NCBI GenBank assembly: GCA_031389045.1
Contig: JANMSE010000193.1
Span: forward strand, 4,926-68,925
Direction of reading: 5' to 3'
DNA: 64,000 nt
Origin: Deltaproteobacteria bacterium
Lineage (GTDB): Bacteria; Desulfobacterota; Binatia; Bin18
In this document: in pieces, positions 46,896-56,587 of the stretch
Layout of the letters: every line of letters starts with the position of its first letter
Position numbering within the stretch: the stretch's first letter is position 1
The notes under the pieces: model-generated
Database searches by the model: none
The model's input: the letters and a program-made list of their open reading frames with translations, nothing else
What the model was told of the DNA's origin: nothing
Made by a program: the position numbers and the translations under genes

Positions 46896-47936
46896 TTACG
46901 CCCCCGCCATGATCCGATGCGCCCGGTCAACCAATTGCGGCACTTTCCACTCGAACTCATTGGCTTTGGGATTCGACGCCGTGCCTTCAATGTAATGACG
47001 ATAGAGCCCCTCAAGAATGATCGCCAGCTTCCACACCGCCAGACAGTGATAAAACGCAAAATGCTTCATCGTCCGTCCGGTTTTTTCTTCGTAGCGCGCC
47101 ACCAGTTCCTCGCGGGAGTGAAACCCGGGCTGCGACGTGATGTGGTTACTCTCCTTCGGTTCCGGCTCTGGCGGGTCCCCAGTCGGCCCCCAATAGGTCA
47201 TTACCCAACCAAGGTCCGCCAACGGATCACCAAGCGTGGCCATTTCCCAATCAAAAATCGCCACCAATTTCGCGGGCTGTGGTGTGAACATCACGTTATC
47301 GAGCTTGTAATCGCCATGCACGATGCTCGTCGCGCTCTGTTCCGGGAGATGCGCCGTGAGCCACTCCGAGACTTCCTGAAGTCCTGGTAATGGCCGGGTG
47401 CGTGGCAAGGTAAGTTCAAGCTGCCCAGCCCAACGTCGCAATTGCCGTTGCAAAAACCCCTGGGGTTTCCCCAAGGTCGCCAGCGACGTCTCTTGCCATT
47501 TCACCGCATGCAACTCGACAAGGGCATCAATCAGCTCCTCCCCAATACGTTTTCGATCCTCCATCGCCGCAAACTCCGGCGGCAGTTGCTCCCGAATCAC
47601 CACCCCATTGATACGCTCCATGACATAGAATGGCACACCGATAACAGCGAGGTCCTCACAGGCAACCACTGGACGCGGCACCCGCACCCCAGTCGCGGCA
47701 AGTCCCGACAACACGCGAAATTCACGTAGCATGTCATGCGCGGTGGGCAGAATATCCCCGCGTGGCGGGCGACGTAGTACCCACTGCTTTGGCCCCCACG
47801 ACACATAGAAGGTTTCGTTCGAGAACCCCGCTTGATGTTTTTCGACGGTGAGTTCCCCGTCTTGCGCTGGAAGTTTCTCGCGCAAGAACGTTTCCAGTTT
47901 GGCCACATCAATCAGGGCATCAAGTTGTTGACTCAT
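46896..47936 (-). CDS. APH/ChoK-like phosphotransferase family protein
   Basis: The catalytic loop HGDYKLDNVMF and the IFDWEMATLGDP motif. Start set at ATG 47936. Confidence 0.8.
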   Translation of the reverse strand: MSQQLDALIDVAKLETFLREKLPAQDGELTVEKHQAGFSNETFYVSWGPKQWVLRRPPRGDILPTAHDMLREFRVLSGLAATGVRVPRPVVACEDLAVIGVPFYVMERINGVVIREQLPPEFAAMEDRKRIGEELIDALVELHAVKWQETSLATLGKPQGFLQRQLRRWAGQLELTLPRTRPLPGLQEVSEWLTAHLPEQSATSIVHGDYKLDNVMFTPQPAKLVAIFDWEMATLGDPLADLGWVMTYWGPTGDPPEPEPKESNHITSQPGFHSREELVARYEEKTGRTMKHFAFYHCLAVWKLAIILEGLYRHYIEGTASNPKANEFEWKVPQLVDRAHRIMAGA

Positions 47937-48086
47937 GGTTTCCTCTTTCCGACTTTGGGCTTTTACCCGCGTATACGGTGAGAAACAGCCCACCCCCGCG
48001 GATGAAGGACAATCATGCTCCCTCCGCCGATTTCAATGAATGACAGGGAAAATGCTCTTCTGAGCGGAAGGTAACATCTGACTTGA

Positions 48087-48115
48087 TTGACAACCCTTTA
48101 CGGCATTTCTACATT
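48087..48115 (+). promoter_or_regulatory. candidate sigma70-type promoter (TTGACA-17 nt-TACATT)
   Basis: TTGACA at 48087-48092 and TACATT at 48110-48115, about 25 nt upstream of the 48141 ATG and its AGGAG. Confidence 0.35.
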
Positions 48116-48140
48116 GCCAGTGTTTACAGGAGCACCACCT

Positions 48141-48443
48141 ATGTCCTCGCAATCAGCCTCTACCTTACTTGAGCCTACACTCACTCGCTACGGCGGACAG
48201 GAAGAGCATACCCCCGAAGAATGGGAAGAACGCTATGTTGATACCTGGCTGCTCCTAGAAGTCACTGCGGAAGATGAGGCTGGTGAGCCGAAGCGAGCAA
48301 AGTTAGTGGCCTTCACCTCGGACCCCATGACTGACGCCTTTCAACAACTCTGGCGTTCGTATGCTGACCAGGGTATCCTGACCTTGTTCACGCATAGTAA
48401 GTACGCCGATCCCCGTCCCACCGTGGTGGTGCATGCCTCGTGA
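48141..48443 (+). CDS. small acidic hypothetical protein (about 100 aa), partner of the retropepsin-like gene
   Basis: ATG 48141 follows AGGAG, and the gene overlaps the next one by 11 nt. I recognise no confident family; the DUF5678-like impression is tentative. Confidence 0.5.
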   Translation: MSSQSASTLLEPTLTRYGGQEEHTPEEWEERYVDTWLLLEVTAEDEAGEPKRAKLVAFTSDPMTDAFQQLWRSYADQGILTLFTHSKYADPRPTVVVHAS

Positions 48444-48816
48444 GTGGGCGTCTTTTCGTCCACGGTCTCTTCCGATCATTACCGTCCGTAAAGGCCCCCG
48501 GGCGATCCGCGCACTCGCCGATACCGGAGCCCAAACCAGTTTAATCCATCCTCGACTCGCCCTCCAATTCGGCCTCCCCACCATTGGTGATCTGTCCATC
48601 GTTGGCGTTGGCTCCTCAGTGACCAGAATTGCTCGTGTGCGGCTTACAAACCTGCATGTCGCGCGTTTATCGTTGCGTTCATTTGACGCCGGGGTTGTGA
48701 ATCTTGACAATTTACGCTTGGGCATTGATCTGATCTTGGGCATCAGCGCCTTCGAGGGGTATCGTTTGCAGTTCGATTTTACGCAAGGGCATCTGTACTT
48801 ATTATCGGAAGAGTAA
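48433..48816 (+). CDS. retropepsin-like (clan AA) aspartic protease
   Basis: ALADTGAQTSLI holds the catalytic DTG, and ILGISAF is the flap/dimer motif. 127 aa is single-lobe size, as in retropepsins. Confidence 0.75.
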   Translation: MPREWASFRPRSLPIITVRKGPRAIRALADTGAQTSLIHPRLALQFGLPTIGDLSIVGVGSSVTRIARVRLTNLHVARLSLRSFDAGVVNLDNLRLGIDLILGISAFEGYRLQFDFTQGHLYLLSEE

Positions 48817-48820
48817 TCGC

Positions 48821-50092
48821 TCAATCCCGTGCATACGGCGGCGGCTTGGGCGTCACCGTGAACAGCACCAACGACACTACACTGGTCACCACCGCATACG
48901 TGAACGCCAGCCGATAACTCCCAGTCGTGTCGCGCAGATAGCCGGCAATCATCGGTCCCCACGCACCCAAGACCCCAGCACCGGCATACAGAAACCCACC
49001 AATCGTCCCGGCATGGCGGCGACCAAACAGGTCGCCAATCAACGCGGTGAAAAGGGTCGCCATACTGCCATAGAAAAACCCAAACGCCGCCGCGCCAAGG
49101 TACAACACCGTCAGGCTCTGGGCGAAAACAAACAGCAGATAGGCGATGATGTGCATGGTCAGGCTCAGCAGCAGTCCTTGTTTCCGACCAATACGATCGG
49201 ACAAGGAACCCAAGGACAGGCTGCCAATAAAGGCGCACAGTCCCATGATACTCACCGCGAGTGCGCCCTGGGTGGGAGAAAATCCAAGATCACGCGCATA
49301 CGCGACGATATGCACGAAAGGCACCGGAACCGAAAGCAGCATGATGACAAACACCAGGAACAATGACCAAAAAGCGGGAAAGCGCCAGGCTTCCGCTAAC
49401 GACCATCCTGGCAAGGGCGCGGGAGAGGTCTCCAGCGCCTGCGCGGTGACAGGAGAACCTCCGGGAAGAGTGCTCGGCGATGGCAAGGGATCACCATCTG
49501 GGGCAAGCCCAAGCAGCTCTGGGCTGCGGACCATGAAGCGCGCGACGATGTTCAAGACGATGACAATCACTACACCGCAGGAGAGGTACACCGGACGCCA
49601 GCCATAGAGAGGAATGAGCGCGGCCAGTAACGGAGGACCCACGAGGATGCCACAGCTACTCCCACACGAGGCCAGTCCGAGCGCCAACCCGCGCTTGCGC
49701 TGGAACCACTTCATCACCGTCGTATTACAGGGGATAAACGCGGTGCTCATGCCCAAGGCCGCGACGAATCCATAGAACAGATACATCTGCCACGGCGCCG
49801 AGACTTGGCTGGTCGCGATAATGCCGCACCCCAGCAGCACTCCGCCAACGGCAATCACCACCGTCGGCCCCTTGGAATCCGTCAACCGACCGCTGAGCCA
49901 ACTGCATGCGCTATACGTCATGGTATAGAGCGAAAACGCCCCAGCGATACTCGCGCGTTGCCAGCCGAGTTCCTCCAGCATGAACGGGAGAAAAACGCCA
50001 AACGAATACTGGACGCCGTAGGTCAAGAACAAAATCAGGAATGCACACGCGGTGACAATCCAGCCGTAAAACAAGGAATGGAGGAAAGGCAT
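48821..50092 (-). CDS. MFS transporter (oxalate/formate antiporter-like)
   Basis: About 12 predicted TM segments. A G..SDR.GRK-type motif (LSDRIGRKQG) appears in the second half and LTDSKGP in the first half. Confidence 0.85.
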   Translation of the reverse strand: MPFLHSLFYGWIVTACAFLILFLTYGVQYSFGVFLPFMLEELGWQRASIAGAFSLYTMTYSACSWLSGRLTDSKGPTVVIAVGGVLLGCGIIATSQVSAPWQMYLFYGFVAALGMSTAFIPCNTTVMKWFQRKRGLALGLASCGSSCGILVGPPLLAALIPLYGWRPVYLSCGVVIVIVLNIVARFMVRSPELLGLAPDGDPLPSPSTLPGGSPVTAQALETSPAPLPGWSLAEAWRFPAFWSLFLVFVIMLLSVPVPFVHIVAYARDLGFSPTQGALAVSIMGLCAFIGSLSLGSLSDRIGRKQGLLLSLTMHIIAYLLFVFAQSLTVLYLGAAAFGFFYGSMATLFTALIGDLFGRRHAGTIGGFLYAGAGVLGAWGPMIAGYLRDTTGSYRLAFTYAVVTSVVSLVLFTVTPKPPPYARD

Positions 50093-50126
50093 CCTGGCTT
50101 TCGCTTCGAGTCTCGCACGGGGGCGT

Positions 50127-50150
50127 CCCCTCCTCTCGTGGAGGGGAGGG
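50127..50150. repeat. CCCCTCC...GGAGGGG hairpin between the two MFS genes (family I-like)
   Basis: The sequence cccctcctctcgtggaggggaggg lies 7 nt from the upstream MFS stop (50158-50160). Confidence 0.55.
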
Positions 50151-50157
50151 AGCCAGA

Positions 50158-51414
50158 TTAACTCGTCTGTAGTACGACTTGCGAAGGAACCCGCTCTTGG
50201 TCCAGCCTCTTCGGCGAAGGCAGTGTGAGCGCGAGCAGAGCGGAGATCATGCTCGTTCCCGTACTCGTGAGAAACGGGATCATATAACTCCCGAAGATGT
50301 CATACAGCTTGCCACCCATCAGTCCACCGGACCCCATCCCGAGGGCCGCGATCATAAAGAAGACGCCAAGGATGGAGCCGATGAAGCGCGTGCCAAAATG
50401 TTCACGGAAAAGCATCGCATACACTGGCATCGGGCCACCGTACCCAATCCCGAACGCCACTGCCCAGAGATAAAACGAAGACGGCTCGTGCACATGCATG
50501 AACGGCGGGATCATCACCGCCTGCACTCCTAAAAACAGCGCCATTGCCCATTTCCCGCCTATACGATCCGCCATCATGCCACAAGCAATTTTGCCAACTA
50601 AGCCAGATATGGCCATGACTGCCGCCACTTTCGATGCTGTTGATCCCACCAGGCCCATATCGGTCATGTGATTAAACCCGTGGAGCAGAACGCAGGAGTG
50701 GCCGATACAACATCCCAACACCATAAAATTGAGCGTCCAGAACGCCCGTGTTCGCATCGCCTGACTGAGGGTCAGATGGACGTTTGGCATTTTCGAGACA
50801 AATCCTGCCGCCCCACTCGTGGCATACGCATGACTCTCTTCTTCGGAGTGATCACGGATAAGCATGGCGAGGGGAAAGATTAGGAGCGACCCGACGCCCA
50901 ACCACAGATACGCCCCACGCCAATCCGTCTGCGTCAGCAAGTATACAGTTAACGGAGCGAACACGGCGGGTCCGACATTTTGTGACTGGGCAATCGCTAA
51001 GGCGAGCCCTTGGTTACGGGTAAACCACTTGGTAATGAGCGCCGTCAGTGGGACCGCCGCGGCGGAGCGCCCAAGCGCCATCACGACACCAAAGGCGAAG
51101 TAGAGATGCGTCAGTGATTGAATCTGGCTCATCAAGATGGTCCCAATAATAAAGAGGATGCCGCCGGCAATGAGCAAGCGGCGGGACCCAAAACGGTCGG
51201 AGAGCGCCCCACACGCGAGGTTGCCAAAGCCAAAGAATATCCAGTTAATCATCGACGCGGTGGAGATCGTGCCGCGACTCCACTCAAACTGTTCGGAAAT
51301 CGGCTTGAACATGATGCCGAAGGAATCAACGATCCCGAACATGATGAGCGTCAAAAAGAGCCCCGCGAAAACGATGACCCAACCGTAAAAGAACTTCCCC
51401 TGTGATTGCTCCAT
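50158..51414 (-). CDS. MFS transporter (oxalate/formate antiporter-like), paralog of 48821-50092
   Basis: Multiple TM segments, with LSDRFGSRR and MADRIGGKW motifs. ATG 51414 follows GGAGGGGG. Confidence 0.85.
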   Translation of the reverse strand: MEQSQGKFFYGWVIVFAGLFLTLIMFGIVDSFGIMFKPISEQFEWSRGTISTASMINWIFFGFGNLACGALSDRFGSRRLLIAGGILFIIGTILMSQIQSLTHLYFAFGVVMALGRSAAAVPLTALITKWFTRNQGLALAIAQSQNVGPAVFAPLTVYLLTQTDWRGAYLWLGVGSLLIFPLAMLIRDHSEEESHAYATSGAAGFVSKMPNVHLTLSQAMRTRAFWTLNFMVLGCCIGHSCVLLHGFNHMTDMGLVGSTASKVAAVMAISGLVGKIACGMMADRIGGKWAMALFLGVQAVMIPPFMHVHEPSSFYLWAVAFGIGYGGPMPVYAMLFREHFGTRFIGSILGVFFMIAALGMGSGGLMGGKLYDIFGSYMIPFLTSTGTSMISALLALTLPSPKRLDQERVPSQVVLQTS

Positions 51415-51504
51415 TCCCCCTCCTAAAGAAGCGTGCCGCGGCACCGGGTCAAGAATTTCGACAGTAAACCTGGACTTCAGAGGTGAGTCAAGGGAAAGGG
51501 CGGA

Positions 51505-51613
51505 GGCAGTGGAGAGTGGAAAGTGGAAAGTGGAGAGTGGAGAGTGCAGAGTGGAGAGTGAAAAAAACGCAACCTTTCAACTCTGAACTCTCAACTCTCA
51601 ACTTTCCACTCTC
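51505..51613. repeat. ~110-bp imperfect hairpin built from GTGGAGA/GTGGAAA heptamers (family E)
   Basis: Left arm is ggcagtggagagtggaaagtggaaagtggagagtggagagtgcagagtggagagtg and right arm is tcaactctgaactctcaactctcaactttccactctctc. It abuts the stop at 51614-51616. Confidence 0.85.
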
Positions 51614-53641
51614 TCAGATCTCCCGTCCCATCTTCTCTCCCTCATAAATCACCGCCTCCAGCTTGCGCGGCGCGACGGCGTCGCCAATACGATGAAGGGC
51701 TGTGAAGCTGGACCGCAGGTCGTGAAACAAAGCCTCGTTGGGGGTACGCATCATGGCGAGAATGACCGTGTCCACGGTCACCGTCCGTCGCTCGCCTCCC
51801 CATATATCGTAGATTTCAACCTGATGATCGGTGATGGCCTCGATGAACTGTTGCGCCGAGAGCTTCACCCCCGCCGTTTTGAGACGTGGAAAGAGATGCG
51901 CCATCTCCAACGTTTTCAGCGTGTCTTCACCAACGAAAAGGTGCGGCGTGATCACTTCCACGCTCACACCCTCATTCGCCAACACCTCAGCCAACCCCAA
52001 GGGCAGGTAGCCGTCGGTTTCATCAAGAATGAGCACCCGCTTTCCCAGCGATGTGACATCGCCAAGCGCCTTCCGGGTTGCCTCGGCGATGTCCAGGACG
52101 TGCGACTGCTCCACTCCTGGAATCGCTTCGCGATCAATCCGATACGGACTATAGCCGGTGCGATCATACGAAGCCCCGGTGGCACAGATCACGATGTCGG
52201 GGTTTTCTCCCACGACCAGGTCTGTTGTCGCGACCGTATGCAATCGCACTGCAACGCCAGCTTTTCCTAGTGGACGCGCGAGGTTGTCGATCGCGGCTTG
52301 CCATCCCGCGCGGGTCGGTAAGCGTTTCAAGAGATTGAGATGTCCGCCCAGTTCCCCGGTCTGTTCGTAGAGCGTCACTTTGTGACCACGCTTGGCCGCG
52401 ACCGCGGCGCATTTCAATCCCGCCGGGCCCCCACCAACCACGATGATTTTCTTCACTCGGCCTTGCGCCACTTTCTTGAGCGACCCCTCTCCCCACTGGC
52501 GCTCACGGCCCATCACCGGATTCATCACACACGTCACTTCCACATTATCAATCAGCCGACTGATGCAGACATTGGCCCCAACACAGCGAGTGATCTCGTC
52601 TTCACGCCCCTCCCGGCTCTTATTGACGATAAAGGGGTCCGCCATATGCGCCCGCGTCATCGCCACCATATCCGCCGCGCCATCGACCAGAATCCGCTCC
52701 GCCATGCGGATATCGATGATTCGCCCCACGATAAAGACTTTCGCGCGCTCACCAACAATGTCTTTGGCGCGCTTGCCGAACGGCACCATGAATCCTTCCG
52801 GCATACTCCCCATCGGAGCCACCCCGATGTGGAGGGTATGGTAGCCACCACCAGAGATATTAAAGAAATTAAAGAGTCCGGTCGCGGCGAAAATCTCGAG
52901 TTGTTCTTCCGCTTGCTCTGGAGTAATACCCGCCGGCCCGAGGAATTCGTCAAAGGAGAGACGAAGGCCGAGGGTGAACTCACTCCCGACTCGTTTGCGA
53001 ATAGTCTCGCCAATCTCAATGATTAACTGACACCGGTGCCGCACCGACCCCCCGTACCGATCGGTCCGTTTGTTAAACGCGGGACTGAGGAACTCTCCCA
53101 ACAGTTGGCTATGCGCGGCGTGTACTTCGACGCCATCAATCCCCGCCAGTTGCGCGTTGACCGCCGACTCGCCGAAGCCTTTGAGGATTTCATCAATCTG
53201 CTCTTGCTCCATCACCATCGGCGTTTCGTTGTAGATCACCGACGGCACCCGTGACGCCGCCCACAGCGGACGCCAGTGGTCGATATACATGGTGCCTTTG
53301 CCTTGGGTCCCACACGCGAAAAGCTGCACGAACTGTTTGCAGCCAAACTGATGCACGGCTTCCACGAGCTTTTCGTATTGAGGAATCACCCGCCGCTCCC
53401 AGGCAATGCAGCCGGCGTGGTAGTTCATTCCCGCTGGGTGCACCGCCTGTTGTTCAAGCACGAGCAACGCCGCCCCGCCGCGCGCGCGCTCCTGATAATA
53501 GGCGATGTGCCGGTCACTAATGATCTCATCTTTTCCATAGAGCTGCGTATGCCCCGTGACCATGATGCGGTGCTTCACCGTCATTGTGCCAATAGTCAGC
53601 GGCGTCCACACCTGTGTGAAAGGCGAAGGGGAATCAGACAC
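51614..53641 (-). CDS. OYE-like FMN domain fused to an FAD/NAD(P) domain (2,4-dienoyl-CoA reductase / NADH:flavin oxidoreductase family)
   Basis: N-terminal TIM-barrel OYE motifs (VEVHAAHSQLLGEFLSP, RCVGANVC Fe-S Cys region) and a C-terminal VVGGGPAGLKCA Rossmann. GTG 53641 follows AGGAG. Confidence 0.85.
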   Translation of the reverse strand: MSDSPSPFTQVWTPLTIGTMTVKHRIMVTGHTQLYGKDEIISDRHIAYYQERARGGAALLVLEQQAVHPAGMNYHAGCIAWERRVIPQYEKLVEAVHQFGCKQFVQLFACGTQGKGTMYIDHWRPLWAASRVPSVIYNETPMVMEQEQIDEILKGFGESAVNAQLAGIDGVEVHAAHSQLLGEFLSPAFNKRTDRYGGSVRHRCQLIIEIGETIRKRVGSEFTLGLRLSFDEFLGPAGITPEQAEEQLEIFAATGLFNFFNISGGGYHTLHIGVAPMGSMPEGFMVPFGKRAKDIVGERAKVFIVGRIIDIRMAERILVDGAADMVAMTRAHMADPFIVNKSREGREDEITRCVGANVCISRLIDNVEVTCVMNPVMGRERQWGEGSLKKVAQGRVKKIIVVGGGPAGLKCAAVAAKRGHKVTLYEQTGELGGHLNLLKRLPTRAGWQAAIDNLARPLGKAGVAVRLHTVATTDLVVGENPDIVICATGASYDRTGYSPYRIDREAIPGVEQSHVLDIAEATRKALGDVTSLGKRVLILDETDGYLPLGLAEVLANEGVSVEVITPHLFVGEDTLKTLEMAHLFPRLKTAGVKLSAQQFIEAITDHQVEIYDIWGGERRTVTVDTVILAMMRTPNEALFHDLRSSFTALHRIGDAVAPRKLEAVIYEGEKMGREI

Positions 53642-53663
53642 AAATACTCCTTGTGTAAGGGGC

Positions 53664-54062
53664 TCAATCAGGCAAGAGCGCCGTGCACTTAATTTCCACC
53701 AGCAAGCCGGGCATAGCCAATGCGGTCGTGCCAATCCCAGTCCAAGTCGGCAGTCGATCCAAATTGGTGAAATAGCGGTCTTTCACCTGCATAAAGAGTG
53801 GCAAGTCACGCATATCGGTATGGTACGTGACCATTTCAACCACATCGTCAAAGGTGATTCCAGCGGAGGTCAGTACCTGTTTGACATTCTCGAACGCTTG
53901 CACGAATTGCGCCTCTTTGCCTTCGACGACGTTCAGATTTTCATCGCGCCCAACTTGACCGGCGATATAGAGGAACGGTCCGGCTTTCACTCCAGGTGAA
54001 TAACGAAACCGCTCGTGGATATTCTTCATACTGTGAGGAACCACGGATTCTCGTTTTGGCAT
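53664..54062 (-). CDS. RidA/YjgF-family protein
   Basis: YSPGVKAGPFLYIAGQVG...VEIKCTALLP. Start set at ATG 54062 after GAGGAG. Confidence 0.8.
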   Translation of the reverse strand: MPKRESVVPHSMKNIHERFRYSPGVKAGPFLYIAGQVGRDENLNVVEGKEAQFVQAFENVKQVLTSAGITFDDVVEMVTYHTDMRDLPLFMQVKDRYFTNLDRLPTWTGIGTTALAMPGLLVEIKCTALLPD

Positions 54063-54209
54063 GACATTGACTCCTCTCTCCATTCCGCGTTGACTTCCGT
54101 TCTTGTGTAGTCTAGTGGGGGAACGCGGTCAAATTTTTCGGATGTCACCCGACGTTTTATTCGTACCATCATTCGCTATTTGCATTTTTATGACAAGGAG
54201 GATTCGCGT

Positions 54210-55085
54210 ATGGACCTTGGTATTCTCGTCCCGGCAACCCAAGAAACGAAGAACATCGCCGAGATCGCCCAACGTGTTGAAGCCCTGGGGTTTGAGTCCT
54301 TATGGATTCCCGAACATCCAGTGATTCCGGTCGGCTTCCAAACCCAGGTGCCCGGCGGGGGCAAACTCCCGGTCCATTATAATCGCTGGGCCGATCCGTT
54401 TATCGCCCTCACGGTCGCCGCCACCGCGACGAAGCGCCTCAAACTCGCGACCGGTATTTGTCTCCTGCCGGAACGCGAAACGCTGATGACGGCGAAAATC
54501 ATCGCCACGCTCGATATGTACTCCGGTGGTCGAGTGATTCTCGGCGTCGGCGCGGGCTGGCTCAAGGAAGAGACCGAAGCGATGGGCACGAACTTCCGCC
54601 TGCGCTGGAAACGCTTACGTGAGACGGTAGAGGCCATGCGGATTTTGTGGACGCAGCCGGAACCGAGCTATCAGGGCGAACTCGTGCATTTTCCGCCAGT
54701 GTATTGCAATCCCAAGCCGGTCCAAAAATCCGGGCCGCCCATTTTTCTTGGTGGCCATGTGCCGAAAGCCTTGGAACGGGTGGCGCGGTCGTATGATGGC
54801 TGGTGTCCACTCTCCAACGATCCAGCCGACTACAAAACGAAAGTCGCGACCATCCGGCAAATGGCCAAAGAGGCGGGGCGCAATCCTGAGTCCCTGCAAA
54901 TGTCCGCGTTTGTCGATCCGCTAGAGGGCACGCTGTCGGCGGATACCCTGAAAGCATTCCGCGACGCGGGCGCGAGTCGCATCGTGCTGTTCTCGCAAGC
55001 CTTCGCGCAAGAAATCGCCAACGGCAACGCGCTGGGGTGCATTGAGCGCGTCGCGCCGGTCATTGAACGGGCGCGGAATATCTAA
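54210..55085 (+). CDS. LLM-family oxidoreductase, probably F420-dependent
   Basis: FESLWIPEHPVIP, GRVILGVGAGWLKEE and PPIFLGG; a paralog of 23719-24597. Confidence 0.8.
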   Translation: MDLGILVPATQETKNIAEIAQRVEALGFESLWIPEHPVIPVGFQTQVPGGGKLPVHYNRWADPFIALTVAATATKRLKLATGICLLPERETLMTAKIIATLDMYSGGRVILGVGAGWLKEETEAMGTNFRLRWKRLRETVEAMRILWTQPEPSYQGELVHFPPVYCNPKPVQKSGPPIFLGGHVPKALERVARSYDGWCPLSNDPADYKTKVATIRQMAKEAGRNPESLQMSAFVDPLEGTLSADTLKAFRDAGASRIVLFSQAFAQEIANGNALGCIERVAPVIERARNI

Positions 55086-55112
55086 CCGCTAACCTCAAGG
55101 AGAAACATCCAC

Positions 55113-55859
55113 ATGCCATCAACAGTTCTCACGAGTCATCTCAACGGCGTCGCCACCATCACGCTGCACCGACCCGAAGCCCTCAATGCCATCACCACGA
55201 CCATGCTGGCCGAACTCACGCACGCGCTGGAGGATGCGGCCAAGGACGACACGATTGGTGTCATCGTCCTGACCGGCACCGGACGAGCATTCTCGGCTGG
55301 GGTGGACCTCAAAGCATTGGGCAATCGCGCCCTGGAAAAAGGCGGGATCGGTCCGATTCTTGACGATCCGGCACGCACGGTGATCGCGACGATCCAATCG
55401 ATCGCAAAGGTCGTGATCGCCAAAGTGAACGGCTACTGTTTCACCGGCGCGCTGGAGATCGCGCTGGCGTGTGATCTGATGGTCGTCGCGGAGGAAGCCA
55501 AGTTCGGCGATACCCACGCCAAATGGGGGCTGCGACCAACGTGGGGGATGAGTGCCCGTCTTCCGCAGGCAGTGGGATTACGCAAAGCTCGTGAGCTGTC
55601 GTTCACCGCCGATACGTTCACTGGCCGTGATGCCGCGACGTGGGGTTTGGCGAATGCCGCGGTTCCGCTCGCGGAATTAGACCACGCCGTGCAAATACTG
55701 GCGGACAAAATTCTCGCCAACAGTCGCGGGTCACTGGCCGCTTACAAGACGCTCTATAACCAAGGGATCGGCAAAACGGTCGATGCCGCCCTCGCCTTCG
55801 AGAACTCCAGCGTGTTCTCGATCAACGATACCGGCGAGCGGATCGCGAAGTTTCGCTAA
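55113..55859 (+). CDS. enoyl-CoA hydratase/isomerase family protein
   Basis: ITLHRPEALNA, FSAGVDLK and KVNGYCFTGALEIALACD. Confidence 0.88.
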   Translation: MPSTVLTSHLNGVATITLHRPEALNAITTTMLAELTHALEDAAKDDTIGVIVLTGTGRAFSAGVDLKALGNRALEKGGIGPILDDPARTVIATIQSIAKVVIAKVNGYCFTGALEIALACDLMVVAEEAKFGDTHAKWGLRPTWGMSARLPQAVGLRKARELSFTADTFTGRDAATWGLANAAVPLAELDHAVQILADKILANSRGSLAAYKTLYNQGIGKTVDAALAFENSSVFSINDTGERIAKFR

Positions 55860-55877
55860 AAGAAAGGAGGAACAGGC

Positions 55878-56543
55878 ATGGCACAATCTCAGGTCCGCAC
55901 GTTAGGAACAGTGCTCTACGAAAACTTCGAACTGCTTGATGTCTATGGTCCATTGGAGATGTTCGGGAGTATTGGTCCAGAGTTACGTTTGGTCACCATT
56001 GCCCAAAAAGCCGGGCCGGTCACCTCAACGCAAGGACCACAAACAGTCGCGCACTACAGCTTCGACAATTGCCCACCGCTCGATTTGATCCTGTTGCCCG
56101 GAGGGCTTGGGACCATGGCGGAGTTGGAGAATGAAGCGTTGCTGACCTTCCTGCGGCAACGTTCAGCGCGCGCGGAAATCACCATGTCGGTGTGCACCGG
56201 GTCGGCACTCCTGGCAAAAGCTGGAGTGCTTGACGGTCATCGCGCCACCTCGAACAAGCAGTTTTTCATGCTCGCCGCCAGTCAAAGTGACAAAGTCCAG
56301 TGGATCGACAAAGCCCGCTGGGTGGAGGACGGCAAGTTCGCCACTTCGTCAGGAGTCTCGGCTGGTATTGATATGGCGTTGGCGATCATCGCGCGGCTTT
56401 ATGGGAAAGAGCGCGCGGAACAGATCGCTGCTGGCACCGAGTACGAGTGGCATCAAGATTCGACCTGGGACCCGTTCGTCAAATATCTCAACCAGGGAGA
56501 TGCCAGCCAGCTTCCGCCGCCGGCATCGGCGAATGGATTGTAA
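55878..56543 (+). CDS. DJ-1/PfpI family protein
   Basis: The nucleophile elbow SVCTGSALLAKAGVLDG and SSGVSAGIDMALA. Confidence 0.85.
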   Translation: MAQSQVRTLGTVLYENFELLDVYGPLEMFGSIGPELRLVTIAQKAGPVTSTQGPQTVAHYSFDNCPPLDLILLPGGLGTMAELENEALLTFLRQRSARAEITMSVCTGSALLAKAGVLDGHRATSNKQFFMLAASQSDKVQWIDKARWVEDGKFATSSGVSAGIDMALAIIARLYGKERAEQIAAGTEYEWHQDSTWDPFVKYLNQGDASQLPPPASANGL

Positions 56544-56587
56544 GCGATAGGCGGTCAGCCATCTGACCGCTCACTGTCCCGTCGTTG

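Noticed and set aside
48303-49238. 311-aa ORF on the minus strand spanning the retropepsin gene and part of the MFS gene region
   Set aside because: The translation is low-complexity and Trp/Arg/Cys-rich. It overlaps a well-supported MFS transporter in another frame and overlaps the plus-strand protease cassette. This is a typical high-GC shadow ORF.
51505-51613. Whether the heptamer and word repeats (here and at 10622-10656, 18442-18561, etc.) are CRISPR arrays
   Set aside because: The units are 7-8 bp with no unique spacers, the arrays are under 140 bp, and no cas genes are in the window.
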